NCBI GenBank assembly: GCA_963706595.1
Contig: OY970166.1
Coordinates: forward strand, 4,864,001-4,928,000
Reading direction: 5' to 3'
Length of the DNA stretch: 64,000 bases
Source: an uncultured cyanobacterium
GTDB taxonomy: Bacteria; Cyanobacteriota; Cyanobacteriia; Cyanobacteriales; Nostocaceae
The position numbers and the translations under genes were made by a program. The notes beneath the pieces were generated by a model. It was not told where the DNA came from. It saw only the letters and a list, made by a program, of their open reading frames with translations, and searched no databases. Positions 45,774 to 56,654 of the stretch are shown here, one piece after another. Within the stretch, counting starts at the first letter, position 1. Each line of letters opens with the position of its first letter.

Positions 45774-46103
45774 ATGGAAAGTATCAATCACACTCACTCT
45801 CATCCTACTTACCATCCACCTAACAATAAAAAATCAGGCTGGTTTTCTAATCTTCTTAATCCTGTGCGTAGTTGGCTGGATGGAATGCCAGTTAAAAACT
45901 CTCGCCTTGCTCATGTAATTTGTCAAGTAATTCCTTGCTGTTGTCCTTTTGAACGCAGTATTAGTTTATTTGGGCGAACTCTTCATATTCCCCCCCTGTG
46001 TAAACTCAATCCCTTCTATGACGAGTTTGTGGGAATGCGTTTTCGGGCTTTGTCTTATCTTGCTGATGAGTGTGGAGAAGATATCACGAAATATATTTGT
46101 TAG
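45774..46103 (+). CDS. Mo-dependent nitrogenase C-terminal-like domain protein
   Basis: IPCCCPFER...IPPLCKLNPFYDE..GMRFRAL.YLADECGED. Confidence 0.85.
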   Translation: MESINHTHSHPTYHPPNNKKSGWFSNLLNPVRSWLDGMPVKNSRLAHVICQVIPCCCPFERSISLFGRTLHIPPLCKLNPFYDEFVGMRFRALSYLADECGEDITKYIC

Positions 46104-46293
46104 ATACTTAGCTCCATTTAGGACTCATTAAGCAGCTTGCAAAAGTCAATTTTATGAGTAATCAACCCCAGATTTACGCTGATTAATTATCTGGTGTAAA
46201 TGTGGAATAAAGAAGATTTTTGCAGTCAGCCTATTACTCAATGAATAGGCTAATAACTGATATTAACACTGTCGATCCAGCAAGAGAAGAGAC

Positions 46294-47673
46294 ATGAAAA
46301 ATACCCAAGGTAAAATCAACGAGTTGCTCAGTGAATCAGGATGTGAACACAATCAGCACAAGCAGGGAGAGAAGAAAAACAAATCTTGCACCCAACAAGC
46401 ACAACCAGGCGCAGCTCAAGGTGGTTGTGCTTTTGATGGTGCAATGATTGCTCTTGTACCTATTACTGATGCAGCTCATTTAGTCCACGGGCCGATCGCC
46501 TGTGCTGGTAATTCTTGGGGTAGTCGTGGTAGTCTCTCCTCTGGGCCTTTACTCTACAAAACGGGCTTTACTACCGATTTGACTGAGAATGATGTGATTT
46601 TCGGGGGTGAAAAAAAGCTCTATCAGGCAATTCTGCAACTGAGCGATCGCTACAAGCCACCAGCAATTTTCGTCTATGCTACTTGTGTAACAGCGCTGAT
46701 TGGCGATGATATGGATGCTGTGTGCAAGGCTGCAACTGAGAAAACTGGTATTCCTGTGATTCCGGTGATTGCTCCGGGCTTTATTGGTAGTAAAAACTTG
46801 GGGAACCGCTTTGGTGGTGAAGCTTTGCTGGAATATGTAGTTGGTACAGCAGAACCAGAAACAACTACGCCTTATGATATTAACTTGATAGGCGAATACA
46901 ACATCGCCGGTGAAATGTGGGGAGTCACTCCACTGTTAGAAAAATTAGGCATTCGGGTTTTATCTAAAATTACGGGTGATGCTCGTTTCAATGATATTCG
47001 TTATGCCCATCGTGCCAAGCTGAATGTGATGATCTGCTCACGCGCTTTGCTGAATATGGCGAGAAAAATGGAGGAACGCTACAACATTCCTTACATTGAA
47101 GAGTCTTTCTATGGCATTGATGATATGAATCGTTGTCTACGAAATATTGCAGCTAAGTTGGGTGACGCTGATTTGCAGGAACGCACAGAAAAGCTGATTG
47201 CTGAAGAAACTGCGGCTCTTGATTTGGCTTTGGCTCCCTATCGCGCTCGACTTAAAGGTAAACGAGTTGTCTTGTATACCGGCGGTGTTAAGAGTTGGTC
47301 GATTATCTCGGCGGCTAAGGATTTAGGTATTGAAGTTGTTGCTACCAGTACGAGAAAAAGCACTGAGGAAGATAAAGCCCGGATTAAGAAGTTGATTGGT
47401 AATGATGGCATCATGATGGAGAAGGGTAATGCTCAGGAGTTGTTACGGCTGGTGAAGGAAACTGGCGCTGATATGTTAATTGCTGGTGGTCGTAACCAAT
47501 ATACTGCTCTGAAGGCACGGATTCCTTTTCTGGATATTAACCAAGAACGCCACCATCCTTATGCTGGTTATTCGGGGATGGTTGAGATGGCACGGGAATT
47601 GTATGAGGCTCTTTATAGTCCTATTTGGGAGCAAATACGCAAGCCTGCTCCTTGGGAAGAGTTGGAGGGATGA
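46294..47673 (+). CDS. nifE: FeMo-co scaffold NifE
   Basis: [29 protein letters not shown]. Confidence 0.97.
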   Translation: MKNTQGKINELLSESGCEHNQHKQGEKKNKSCTQQAQPGAAQGGCAFDGAMIALVPITDAAHLVHGPIACAGNSWGSRGSLSSGPLLYKTGFTTDLTENDVIFGGEKKLYQAILQLSDRYKPPAIFVYATCVTALIGDDMDAVCKAATEKTGIPVIPVIAPGFIGSKNLGNRFGGEALLEYVVGTAEPETTTPYDINLIGEYNIAGEMWGVTPLLEKLGIRVLSKITGDARFNDIRYAHRAKLNVMICSRALLNMARKMEERYNIPYIEESFYGIDDMNRCLRNIAAKLGDADLQERTEKLIAEETAALDLALAPYRARLKGKRVVLYTGGVKSWSIISAAKDLGIEVVATSTRKSTEEDKARIKKLIGNDGIMMEKGNAQELLRLVKETGADMLIAGGRNQYTALKARIPFLDINQERHHPYAGYSGMVEMARELYEALYSPIWEQIRKPAPWEELEG

Positions 47674-47691
47674 TTTGGCTGATTTTCTCCC

Positions 47692-47809
47692 GAAGATGCG
47701 ATGAATCCGCAGAAGAAGACGCGATGAATCCGCAGAAGAAGATGCGATGAATCCGCAGAAGAAGATGCGATGAATCCGCAGAAGAAGACGCGATGAATCG
47801 CGTCTCTAC
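47692..47809 (+). repeat. 23-bp tandem repeat (x4) ending in a palindromic dispersed repeat
   Basis: GAAGA(T/C)GCGATGAATCCGCAGAA x4, then GAAGACGCGATGAATCGCGTCTCTAC; same palindrome family at about 33500 and 45642. Confidence 0.85.
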
Positions 47810-47846
47810 AAGATCCTTCCAATGAATGCAATTTGGTATTAATATA

Positions 47847-49175
47847 ATGGCGATTGTTAATCTTCCTAATAAACCACTGACTGTTAATCCTCTGAAGCAA
47901 AGCCAGGCTTTGGGTGCATCTTTAGCCTTTTTGGGGTTGAAGGGGATGATTCCTCTGTTCCACGGTTCCCAAGGTTGTACTGCTTTCGCTAAGGTTGTGC
48001 TTGTACGGCATTTTCGGGAAGCTATTCCCCTAGCCACTACAGCCATGACTGAAGTTTCTACTATTTTGGGTGGCGAAGAAAATGTGGAACAGGCTATTCT
48101 GACTCTGGTGGAAAAGGTGCAGCCGGAAATTATTGGTCTATGTAGTACGGGGCTAACGGAAACTAGAGGAGATGATCTGGAACGTTTTCTTCAGGATATC
48201 CGCGATCGCCATCCGGAATTAGATTATTTACCGATTGTATTTGCTCCTACTCCAGATTTCAAGGGAGCGCTGCAAGATGGTTTTGCGGCGGCTGTGGAAA
48301 GTATCGTCAGGGAAATTCCCAAGGCTGGTGGAATTAGAACTGAACAGGTGACGATTTTGGCGGGTTCTTCTCTGACTCCAGGGGATTTGCAGGAAATCAA
48401 GGAAATGGTGACTGCTTTTGGATTAGTACCAATTATTGTCCCTGATCTTGGTGCTTCCCTTGATGGTCATTTAGAAGATGGCTATAGTTCGGTTACAGCT
48501 AGTGGCACAACTATAAAACAGCTACGAGACATAGGTAGTTCCGCCTTTACTATCGCTTTGGGCGAAAGTATGCGAAATGCCGCCAAAATTCTGGAGGAGC
48601 GCTTTAACATCCCTTACGAGGTGTTTGGTGAACTGACTGGATTGGATGCTGTGGATGAGTTTTTGCAAGCATTGGCGATTCTGAGTAGTAATAGCGTTCC
48701 CGAAAAATACCGTCGCCAACGTCGCCAGCTACAAGATGCGATGCTTGATAGTCATTTTTACTTTGGTGCAAAGCGAGTGTCTTTGGCGTTGGAACCTGAT
48801 TTGTTATGGTCAACGGTGAACTTTTTGCAATCGATGGGGACTCAAATTCATGCAGTGGTGACGACGACGCGATCGCCTCTGTTGGAAAAACTCCCGGTTA
48901 AAAGTGTCACCATCGGCGACTTAGATGACTTTGAGCAACTAGCAGCAGGTTCTGATTTACTCATTGGTAATTCTAACGTAGGTGCGATCGCTAAACGTCT
49001 CTCGATGCCTTTTTATCGTCTAGGTATTCCCATTTATGACCGTTTAGGTAATGGATACTTCACGAAAGTGGGATATCGAGGCACAATGGAGCTTTTATTT
49101 GGCATCGGTAATCTATTTTTAGAAGCCGAAGAAGAGAGAGTTAAACATTTATGGGAATTGGTGTCTGAGGAATAA
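47847..49175 (+). CDS. nifN: FeMo-co scaffold NifN
   Basis: VNPLKQSQALG, HGSQGCTAF, RHFREAIPL, PIYDRLG. Confidence 0.96.
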   Translation: MAIVNLPNKPLTVNPLKQSQALGASLAFLGLKGMIPLFHGSQGCTAFAKVVLVRHFREAIPLATTAMTEVSTILGGEENVEQAILTLVEKVQPEIIGLCSTGLTETRGDDLERFLQDIRDRHPELDYLPIVFAPTPDFKGALQDGFAAAVESIVREIPKAGGIRTEQVTILAGSSLTPGDLQEIKEMVTAFGLVPIIVPDLGASLDGHLEDGYSSVTASGTTIKQLRDIGSSAFTIALGESMRNAAKILEERFNIPYEVFGELTGLDAVDEFLQALAILSSNSVPEKYRRQRRQLQDAMLDSHFYFGAKRVSLALEPDLLWSTVNFLQSMGTQIHAVVTTTRSPLLEKLPVKSVTIGDLDDFEQLAAGSDLLIGNSNVGAIAKRLSMPFYRLGIPIYDRLGNGYFTKVGYRGTMELLFGIGNLFLEAEEERVKHLWELVSEE

Positions 49176-49322
49176 GAATTTGTTTCACGCAAAGGCGCAA
49201 AGGCGCAAAGGTAAGAAGAAAAAGAAGGGTGATTTTGGCATTTTTATACTCTGATTCACCAAGACAGAATCAATTTCTTCTTCAATACCTAATACCTCCA
49301 AAACGCAAATCAGGAAAACACA

Positions 49323-49712
49323 ATGAAAATAGCCTTTACCACAAGTGACCGAATTCATATTAATGCTCACTTCGGATGGGCGAGAGAAATTGATGTTTAT
49401 GAAATCTCCGACCAGGGATATGAATTTCTCGAAACGCTGAAATTTGACGGTGACTTAAAAGAAGATGGTAATGAAGATAAAATCAATCCTAAGCTTGATG
49501 CTTTAGTTGATTGTACCATCGTTTATGTCACAGCAATTGGTGGTAGCGCCGCAGCCCGATTAATTAAAAAAGGCGTTACCCCAGTCAAAGCTAAATCAGA
49601 GGAAGAGGAAATTAGTGATGTCCTCAATAAACTCGTGAAAACCCTCAAAGGTAATCCTCCACCTTGGTTGCGTAAAGCTTTAAGACAAACTACTCCAAAC
49701 TTTGCAGATTAA
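49323..49712 (+). CDS. nifX: NifX
   Basis: INAHFGWA, IGGSAAA, GNPPPWLRK. Confidence 0.95.
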   Translation: MKIAFTTSDRIHINAHFGWAREIDVYEISDQGYEFLETLKFDGDLKEDGNEDKINPKLDALVDCTIVYVTAIGGSAAARLIKKGVTPVKAKSEEEEISDVLNKLVKTLKGNPPPWLRKALRQTTPNFAD

Positions 49713-49732
49713 TTTGAAGTTGAAGCAACAGT

Positions 49733-50209
49733 ATGAGTACAAACAATAATCTGAACGGAAGCACCGATACAGTAGTCTTGAATTCCCCTTTCCTCAAGAC
49801 ATTAGTCCAACAAATTCGGGGACAAGATAGCTATGGAGTTTATCGTAATTGGTCTGATGAATTAATCCTCAAACCCTTCATTGTCACCAAACAAAAGAAA
49901 CGCGAAATTTCCATTGAAGGTGAAGTTGACGCAATTACTCAAGCGCGGATTATGGCATTTTTCCGGGCTGTAGCGGCTGCTATGGAAAAGGAAACAGGTC
50001 TAATTTCTCAGGTTGTCATTGACTTGAGCCATGAAGGATTCGGCTGGGCGCTGGTTTTTTCTGGTCGTCTTTTGCTAGCTGTAAAAACCTTGCGTGACGC
50101 TCATCGCTTCGGTTTTGACTCAATGGAAAAATTAGCAGAAGAGGGCGAAAACTATGTCAAAAAAGGTGTTGATTTAGCCAAGAGATTCTCCGAAGTAGGC
50201 AACCTTTAA
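49733..50209 (+). CDS. NifX-associated nitrogen fixation protein (DUF269)
   Basis: RGQDSYG, SHEGFG, LRDAHRFGF. Confidence 0.9.
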   Translation: MSTNNNLNGSTDTVVLNSPFLKTLVQQIRGQDSYGVYRNWSDELILKPFIVTKQKKREISIEGEVDAITQARIMAFFRAVAAAMEKETGLISQVVIDLSHEGFGWALVFSGRLLLAVKTLRDAHRFGFDSMEKLAEEGENYVKKGVDLAKRFSEVGNL

Positions 50210-50229
50210 GACTACCTAAAAACTTAAAT

Positions 50230-50550
50230 TAGGGACTTCCAAATAAAAAAAATGCCCAATCACCTAACGAAAAAACCTCACTTCGACAAGCTCAGTGACC
50301 ACTCAGACCCTCATAACTCTGTGTCCTCTGTGCCTGGAGTGGTATGCGCTTCGCGCACGCTGCGCGAACGTTTCTTAGGATAATTTATTTCGAGTAAGTC
50401 CCTAATCTTAGTGCAGTACGGTTCAGTTAAGAAAATTGTAGGTTGGGTAGAACGAAGTGAAACCCAACATTTCCATGACTTTGTTGGGTTGCGCTGGGCT
50501 TAACCCAACCTACGTAGACGTTGATTTTTAGGCTTAACTGAACTGTATTG
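50230..50550. mobile_element. Two adjacent MITE-like elements, the second with a GTAG REP doublet
   Basis: TAGGGACTTCCAAATAAAAAA...AAGTCCCTA (50230-50404; family also at about 23472-23617); GTACGGTTCAGTTAAG...TTAACTGAACTGTATTG enclosing GTAGGTTGGG...CCCAACCTAC. Confidence 0.6.
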
Positions 50551-50592
50551 AATCTTAGTGTTGTTGTGCAAATTAATAATTAGGAGTAATGA

Positions 50593-50811
50593 ATGGCGCA
50601 AGTCAGCGAAACAAATATTGAAGAAATCAAAACCAAGATTAAGCGGCTGAATAGTAAAGCTGGTCAAATGAAGATGGATCTGCATGATTTAGCAGAAGGT
50701 CTACCCACAGATTACAAAACTCTGATGGATGTAGCGGCTGCAACTTATAAAATCTATCAACAGCTAGATGAGCTTAAGCAACAGCTAAAAACAATGGAGA
50801 AGGCTCAATGA
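50593..50811 (+). CDS. CCE_0567/Rop-like nif-associated protein
   Basis: AGQMKMDLHDLAEGLP. Confidence 0.88.
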   Translation: MAQVSETNIEEIKTKIKRLNSKAGQMKMDLHDLAEGLPTDYKTLMDVAAATYKIYQQLDELKQQLKTMEKAQ

Positions 50812-51125
50812 CTGGAACTATGAATCAATTCAAAAAGCTTGTAGATGCAGAAGAATTTTTTCAGTTCTTCAATCTGCCCTACGACAAAGAAAATGTGAAT
50901 GTCAATCGTCTGCATATTTTGAAGAAGTTTTCGCAATTTATGGCAGAAGTTGATGATAATGCTCATGGTTTAACTTCAGCAGAAATACTCCAGCAATATT
51001 CGTTAGCTTTGCAAAAAGCTCATGATCTTTTCTTGGAATCAACAGCTTACGAAGAAAAGCTGTTCAAAGTGTTTAATGACAAGCCGAAGAATGTAGTTAC
51101 GCTGACAGAAATCACTTCTGATTAG
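50808..51125 (+). CDS. nifW: NifW
   Basis: AEEFFQFFNLPYD...VNRLHILKKF, EEKLFKVF. Confidence 0.93.
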   Translation: MTGTMNQFKKLVDAEEFFQFFNLPYDKENVNVNRLHILKKFSQFMAEVDDNAHGLTSAEILQQYSLALQKAHDLFLESTAYEEKLFKVFNDKPKNVVTLTEITSD

Positions 51126-51135
51126 GAGGTAAAAA

Positions 51136-51936
51136 TTGATCAACCTAACGCCTACCGAATTAGAACGCTATAGTCGCCAAATGATGCTCCCAAATTTTGG
51201 CGAACTAGCTCAGAAACGCCTGAAGTCAGCGACAGTTTTAGTTACAGGTGTGGGGGGATTAGGCGGTACGGCGGCGCTTTACTTAGCAGTAGCGGGCGTT
51301 GGGCGACTAATCCTAGTCCGGGGTGGTGACTTGCGATTGGATGACATGAACCGTCAGATTTTAATGACGGATGATTGGGTAGGTAAACCCAGGGTTTTCA
51401 AAGCTAAAGAAACTCTGGAAGCTATCAATCCTGATATCAAGGTTGATGTAGTTCATGATTATGTCACTGCTGAAAATGTAGACTCCTTAGTGCAATCGGC
51501 TGATATGGCGCTGGATTGCGCCCATAATTTTACGGAACGCAACTTGCTGAATGCAGCTTGTGTACGTTGGCGTAAACCGATGGTGGAGGCTGCTATGGAC
51601 GGGATGGAGGCTTATCTGACTACAATTATTCCCGGTGTGACTCCTTGTTTATCCTGTCTGTTTCCAGAAAAGCCTGATTGGGATAGACGTGCTTTTTCCG
51701 TTCTGGGTGCTGTATCTGGGACACTAGCTTGTCTAACAGCCTTGGAGGCGATTAAGTTGATCACTGGGTTCAGTCAACCTCTGTTATCGCAGTTATTAAC
51801 AATTGACTTGAATCGGATGGAATTTGCCAAGCGCCGTTCTCAACGCGATCGCGCTTGTCCCGTATGTGGTAACACCGCGCCCTGGAGATACGGACAACCT
51901 CCATCCCTGGAACCTACAACCAATTGTACAAAGTAG
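51136..51936 (+). CDS. hesA: HesA (MoeB/ThiF family)
   Basis: ERYSRQM, GVGGLG, CLSC, CPVC; TTG start after AGGAGG. Confidence 0.93.
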   Translation: MINLTPTELERYSRQMMLPNFGELAQKRLKSATVLVTGVGGLGGTAALYLAVAGVGRLILVRGGDLRLDDMNRQILMTDDWVGKPRVFKAKETLEAINPDIKVDVVHDYVTAENVDSLVQSADMALDCAHNFTERNLLNAACVRWRKPMVEAAMDGMEAYLTTIIPGVTPCLSCLFPEKPDWDRRAFSVLGAVSGTLACLTALEAIKLITGFSQPLLSQLLTIDLNRMEFAKRRSQRDRACPVCGNTAPWRYGQPPSLEPTTNCTK

Positions 51937-52104
51937 TCATTAGTCAATCAATTTTAGATTTTAGATTTTGGATTTTGGATTAAACTGCAATCTAAAATCG
52001 CAAATTCAAAATCAAAAATTCTTTGGTTATTAGTTATTAGACAACTGACAAAATACCCTCACCTGCATTCAACAAAAATTCATCGCAACACATCAGGAGA
52101 CGTA

Positions 52105-52476
52105 ATGGCTGTTAGCTTAACAGAAAAAGCAGAGTTTCGTCTGCGGGCATTTATCAGAGGTTCAGCTTCTGATAATAATGACGCTCAAAAAGGCATCCGT
52201 ATATCTGTAAAAGATGGTGGTTGCAATGGCTATGAATATGGCATTGATGTCACTAGCAAACCACAACCAGATGATTTGGTAATTCAACAAGGTAATGTGT
52301 TGATTTACGTTGATGCTAAAAGTGCGCCGTTATTAGATGGGGTTGTGGTCGATTTTGTAGAAGGGGTAATGGAAAGTGGCTTTAAGTTCACTAACCCTAA
52401 TGCAAGTGATACCTGCGGTTGTGGAAAATCATTCAAAACAGATGATGGCACACCTACGGGTGTACCTTGCAGCTAG
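52105..52476 (+). CDS. hesB: HesB/IscA-type Fe-S carrier
   Basis: GGCNGYEY, NPNA..TCGCGKSF. Confidence 0.93.
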   Translation: MAVSLTEKAEFRLRAFIRGSASDNNDAQKGIRISVKDGGCNGYEYGIDVTSKPQPDDLVIQQGNVLIYVDAKSAPLLDGVVVDFVEGVMESGFKFTNPNASDTCGCGKSFKTDDGTPTGVPCS

Positions 52477-52638
52477 TTCAACGAATAGGCAGGGGGAAGG
52501 GGAGAAGAGAAGAGGAACCCCATCAATGCAGTGTCCTCTTCCGTGCTGCTGCTCGAAGTTTGGAGTTCACTAAGTAACAGAAACTCATAAACTTCGCGAA
52601 ATCAATTTGATCTTATAACTTTTGAGGAGAATCGGAAA

Positions 52639-52938
52639 ATGGCCAGCTATCAAGTTAGATTAATCAACAAAAAGCAAGAACTCGACACCACAATTGAAAT
52701 TGATGAAGAGACTACCATTTTAGAAGGAGCAGAAGAAAATGGGATTGAGTTGCCTTTCTCTTGTCATTCAGGTTCTTGCTCTAGCTGTGTAGGAAAAATT
52801 GTTGAAGGTGAAGTTGATCAATCTGATCAAATCTTCTTAGATGATGAGCAAATGTCTAAAGGTTTCGCTCTCCTTTGCGTTACTTATCCCCGTTCTAATT
52901 GCACAATTAAAACTCACCAAGAACCATATCTTGTGTAG
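52639..52938 (+). CDS. fdxH: Heterocyst ferredoxin
   Basis: [28 protein letters not shown]. Confidence 0.95.
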   Translation: MASYQVRLINKKQELDTTIEIDEETTILEGAEENGIELPFSCHSGSCSSCVGKIVEGEVDQSDQIFLDDEQMSKGFALLCVTYPRSNCTIKTHQEPYLV

Positions 52939-53015
52939 AGTATTGCTTTGAACTCTCAGAAGATTTAGATCCCCGACTTCTTGAAGAAGTCGGGGATCTT
53001 TTTCATTTAGAATTG

Positions 53016-54197
53016 CTATATTGCCGAATTTTGAGAATTTTCTGATGTATAACTGAGCCAGCGAGTGGAAATGTCTTGCAAAGAGCCATTTTCAGACATC
53101 AGTCGCAATTGAATATTGAGGTCTTTTGTTAAAGGACTATCGATGGGTAAGACAAACCCATAAAGCTCAGTTCCTAAAGACAAATTAGTTAATTTCAGGT
53201 TCAATTCGGGATTTTGCGTGAGGTAATATTCCATAGCGGGACGGTCGAACACTACTGCATCGGCTCGTTCCGTAGACAGTTGTTCTACGGCTTCTGATAG
53301 GGTGGCGACTTCTTGAACTCGACTGCTATAATTCTGTACGACATCAGCACTAGATGAGCCTTCGACAGTTGTTAGTCTGGTATCTTTAAGGCTAGAGGGA
53401 TTGGTAAATCTTTCAGTAGAATCACCAGACAAGGCGATAGTTATGGCTGAAGCCAGTCCGGCTGTTAATGAAGAAACTGTCACTAAAGCCAATATCATCC
53501 AAGTTCCAGCGATGAAACGGCCAAGACGGGTAACAGGTGCGCGATCGCCATACCCCACTGTAGTCAATGTTACTAGCGCAAACCACATCCCGTTACCCAC
53601 TCCCTGAAGATAATTTTTCGGGAATTGTTCACTATTTTGATTTCGTTCCGCCAACCAAACCAAATTCCCCACCACGAACATCAGGATAACTAATACGCCT
53701 ATAGAAGTTAACACCGCAGTCTCAAAAAAAGGTTGTACACGACTCCAAATACTCGGATCGTCAGCTGCTGTTAAAACGGCAATTTCTGTGGAAAAATAGG
53801 GTTGGGTAAAGTCAACTTTTTTGAGTCGCTGGGCTGTAATTGTAATCGGTCCAATCAACAAATCCAATTCGCCCTGTTCCACAACTTCTAGGGCATTGGC
53901 AACGCTAGATTGAGGAATTAATTCATACTCTATATTTTGAGAACGAGCCACTTCTTCCCATACTTCCACACTAATGCCTGAAGTGTCTTTATTTTTGCCA
54001 ACTACGAAAGGAGCCGAACCAGCTACCCCGACTCGTAAAGGCGCGGCTGAAGCTAAAGTTGGAACAGAAATTACTAAAGCGACAGCTACCCCTGTCAAGC
54101 AATTATGGTTGACTGCAAAACCTTGGCGGATATGCAATATAGATGCAGAAAAAATGCTCTGTATTTGCTGTGAATATAGGAAGTTGCGGAAATTCAT
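53016..54197 (-). CDS. GluR0-like ligand-gated K+ channel
   Basis: Split periplasmic-binding domain (GPITITAQR...DFTQPY; GSS; FDRP) around TM-pore-TM with filter TTVGYGD. Confidence 0.88.
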   Translation of the reverse strand: MNFRNFLYSQQIQSIFSASILHIRQGFAVNHNCLTGVAVALVISVPTLASAAPLRVGVAGSAPFVVGKNKDTSGISVEVWEEVARSQNIEYELIPQSSVANALEVVEQGELDLLIGPITITAQRLKKVDFTQPYFSTEIAVLTAADDPSIWSRVQPFFETAVLTSIGVLVILMFVVGNLVWLAERNQNSEQFPKNYLQGVGNGMWFALVTLTTVGYGDRAPVTRLGRFIAGTWMILALVTVSSLTAGLASAITIALSGDSTERFTNPSSLKDTRLTTVEGSSSADVVQNYSSRVQEVATLSEAVEQLSTERADAVVFDRPAMEYYLTQNPELNLKLTNLSLGTELYGFVLPIDSPLTKDLNIQLRLMSENGSLQDISTRWLSYTSENSQNSAI

Positions 54198-54240
54198 GAG
54201 TTATTGACTCCTGACTTACTTCTCAAATAGGTTACATTAT

Positions 54241-55095
54241 TTATGTTGATAACTGCCAAAGTTGAATTTTATAACACAGATGGTTATTAAAAATTTCTCG
54301 TGCAGCTAGACCTTCCGCAATTGGTTGCTCCAGCCAACGTTTAAAAGCCCAACTTCCTATTGTATGTACAGGTGGAACTGCTATCTTGACAACATCAGCA
54401 ATATATTTAAATGTGGTTAATCCAAAAGTCCGAAAATTACTCAGACACAAATCAAGTGTTGGTGCAATTGATTGAGAAATATCTTCGCTTTTAATTAATT
54501 TAAATCCAGCCTTCTCTAAAGCTGCGTGGAGGTCATTAGCAACATGACAGTTAGAAAAAATTCCCTCTTTGTATTCGGCATCCAAGCGCATCATATCTGC
54601 TATTAGTAAGTAACTACCACTATTAAGTAAACGCGCAGCACCTTGGGCTAAATCTTCCACAGCCATATATTGGCTACTTTCACTAAATAGAACTAAATCA
54701 TAGAAATGTGAAGTCTGAAATTCTTCAAATGTCGTTAAGTAGAAAGGTATTTTACCGTTAGTATTTTGAATAAACTTCTCTTCTTGGATTGCATCGGGTG
54801 CTAGTCCTTCAACACTCAGTCCACGTTCCCATAGTAATTTTGCATTACCACCAATACCACAGCCTACATCCAGTACAGATTTGGTTCCTTCTGGGATGAA
54901 ACTAAACAGTTTAGTTGTATAGGCTTCTTGTGCCGTACGCAGCTGAGTTATAGTCAATTCTTCATCAATATTTGGTATTACTTCCCAATAGCCATAGTGT
55001 AGATAGGAGGAACCTGTGAGTCCCATATAGTAATCTATGGCTGCATTTTGGTAGCGTGTGGCTTTGGAAATCTTAATTGACTTTGATTTTTGCAT
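54241..55095 (-). CDS. Class I SAM-dependent methyltransferase
   Basis: LHYGYW, VLDVGCGIGG, FSESSQY. Confidence 0.85.
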   Translation of the reverse strand: MQKSKSIKISKATRYQNAAIDYYMGLTGSSYLHYGYWEVIPNIDEELTITQLRTAQEAYTTKLFSFIPEGTKSVLDVGCGIGGNAKLLWERGLSVEGLAPDAIQEEKFIQNTNGKIPFYLTTFEEFQTSHFYDLVLFSESSQYMAVEDLAQGAARLLNSGSYLLIADMMRLDAEYKEGIFSNCHVANDLHAALEKAGFKLIKSEDISQSIAPTLDLCLSNFRTFGLTTFKYIADVVKIAVPPVHTIGSWAFKRWLEQPIAEGLAAREIFNNHLCYKIQLWQLST

Positions 55096-55252
55096 TTAGG
55101 GTTAAGGTCAGCTTGGCGAAGGTATTGGTATTTAATCACATTATTCTGATCAAATACCAAATTGCGCCTGCTGTCTCACGCACCAAGCGCACCAGACGCA
55201 AAGAGGAAGATATGAGATGCGATCGCCTAATTAGTTTGGAAATCTGGTATTT

Positions 55253-55681
55253 TTAGTTACAGAGTTCTTTTTCTGGAGATTTGATCAGTGAGGGCGTAGG
55301 TACTGCTGGAATACGTGCCAAGATTCCTTTTTTAAGTGGTTCTGGGCGTTCACTCCACGGTAATAAACCTTCTGGGTGAGCATAATATTTACTCGCACAC
55401 TCGAAGACTCCAGCAATTGCTGTGGGTGATAAATCAGCAGCAATATCACCAAAAAGATATGTAGATTTGTTGTATGCAGCAAAGGATACCACACAAGCGC
55501 GATCGCAAGCGCTCATGCAATTCACGGGTTGAATAATAAACTCTGTGTTCAATTCCCAATCGGGATAATGTGCTTGCAACTGTTTGAGCAGCTGTTCTCC
55601 GCCACTTTCACCTACACGCTTACCACCTTCCCACTTACTTCCACAAGTGGTACAAACAAACATTGTATGTTGTGCCGTCAT
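55253..55681 (-). CDS. DUF1636 family Cys-rich putative metal-binding protein
   Basis: FVCTTC, CMSACDRAC, YLFGD, ERPEPLKKGILARIP. Confidence 0.85.
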   Translation of the reverse strand: MTAQHTMFVCTTCGSKWEGGKRVGESGGEQLLKQLQAHYPDWELNTEFIIQPVNCMSACDRACVVSFAAYNKSTYLFGDIAADLSPTAIAGVFECASKYYAHPEGLLPWSERPEPLKKGILARIPAVPTPSLIKSPEKELCN

Positions 55682-55717
55682 CTATGCCTCGTAGATTTTA
55701 GCTAAAGTTACTTTTGT

Positions 55718-55892
55718 ATCGGCGGGTATTCTGACTTACGCAATTTTAAATTTTCAGCTTTGGACTGTCTGATAAAATCTTAAATCTTAAACTAAAAATC
55801 CCAAATCGGTTTACAGCTGCGGGACAGCGCCGGATTTACACCGAACTTTCCCCCTTACCTCTAAGTAGCTGATTTCTACTAGAACCGAATAT
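55718..55892 (-). ncRNA. Cobalamin riboswitch
   Basis: Minus strand reads GGTTCT...AGAGGTAAGGGGGAAAGTTCGGTGTAAATCCGGCGCTGTCCCGCAGCTGTAA...AAGTCAGAATACCCGCC (B12 box), directly upstream of the DUF1636 gene. Confidence 0.9.
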
Positions 55893-56654
55893 ATGAAAAT
55901 CTATCATAGTTTCGTTAAATTTATGACATTGTGAATGAGAAAGTTCATAGAAACTTGTCCAGCCTTAACGCCACTGATCACAATAGGTAAACTAAGATAC
56001 CGTGTATTTACCAAAGAGTTTTAGCTTGACAAGGGTTTGGTAAAAAGCATATTTAAATTTAGGCGTTGTTGATTTGAAGTATGAATACGATTTGTGATCA
56101 TGTCCAAACCCCTGTAGAGACGTTCCATGGAACATCTCTACATTTAAATTCATACTTGGTTTTAGCAACGCCTATATTTGGAAAGTTGACTGTAGCTTTG
56201 GCTGCATTTTTAGGTTTTATTTAGCCAACTATTGCTAATATGTCTGGGGATCTTTATAAATGATTCATAATTTAAAGTTATCAGAGTGATAATATATAAA
56301 TAAGCTTAATTGTTGCTATTGAACCTAAATTTCAACACAAAGCGATTACATGGTTATTTCAGACATTTCTATCTTAATTTTTGTTCAGTTAAAAATTAAG
56401 CAGAACTTAAGGTGCTGCCAGAATAAAATAACGAAAATCTGCGTGAATATTCTCCTCAACTTAGCCTAATTTATTTAGGTATCCTCTCAATACCAGACTT
56501 ATGGAATGGGGTGATTAAAGCTACCAATTAATCGACTAGCTAGAGTTTTGTAAGACTCTAATAATTAGGAATGCCATGATCTTTTTTTGAGGAATGGTAG
56601 GTATAACCTACTATTTATCAGGCTGAGTCAATTTAGAAATATCAAGGATTAGTT

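Noticed and set aside
47692..47809. Possible CRISPR array
   Set aside because: Contiguous 23-bp units with no spacers.
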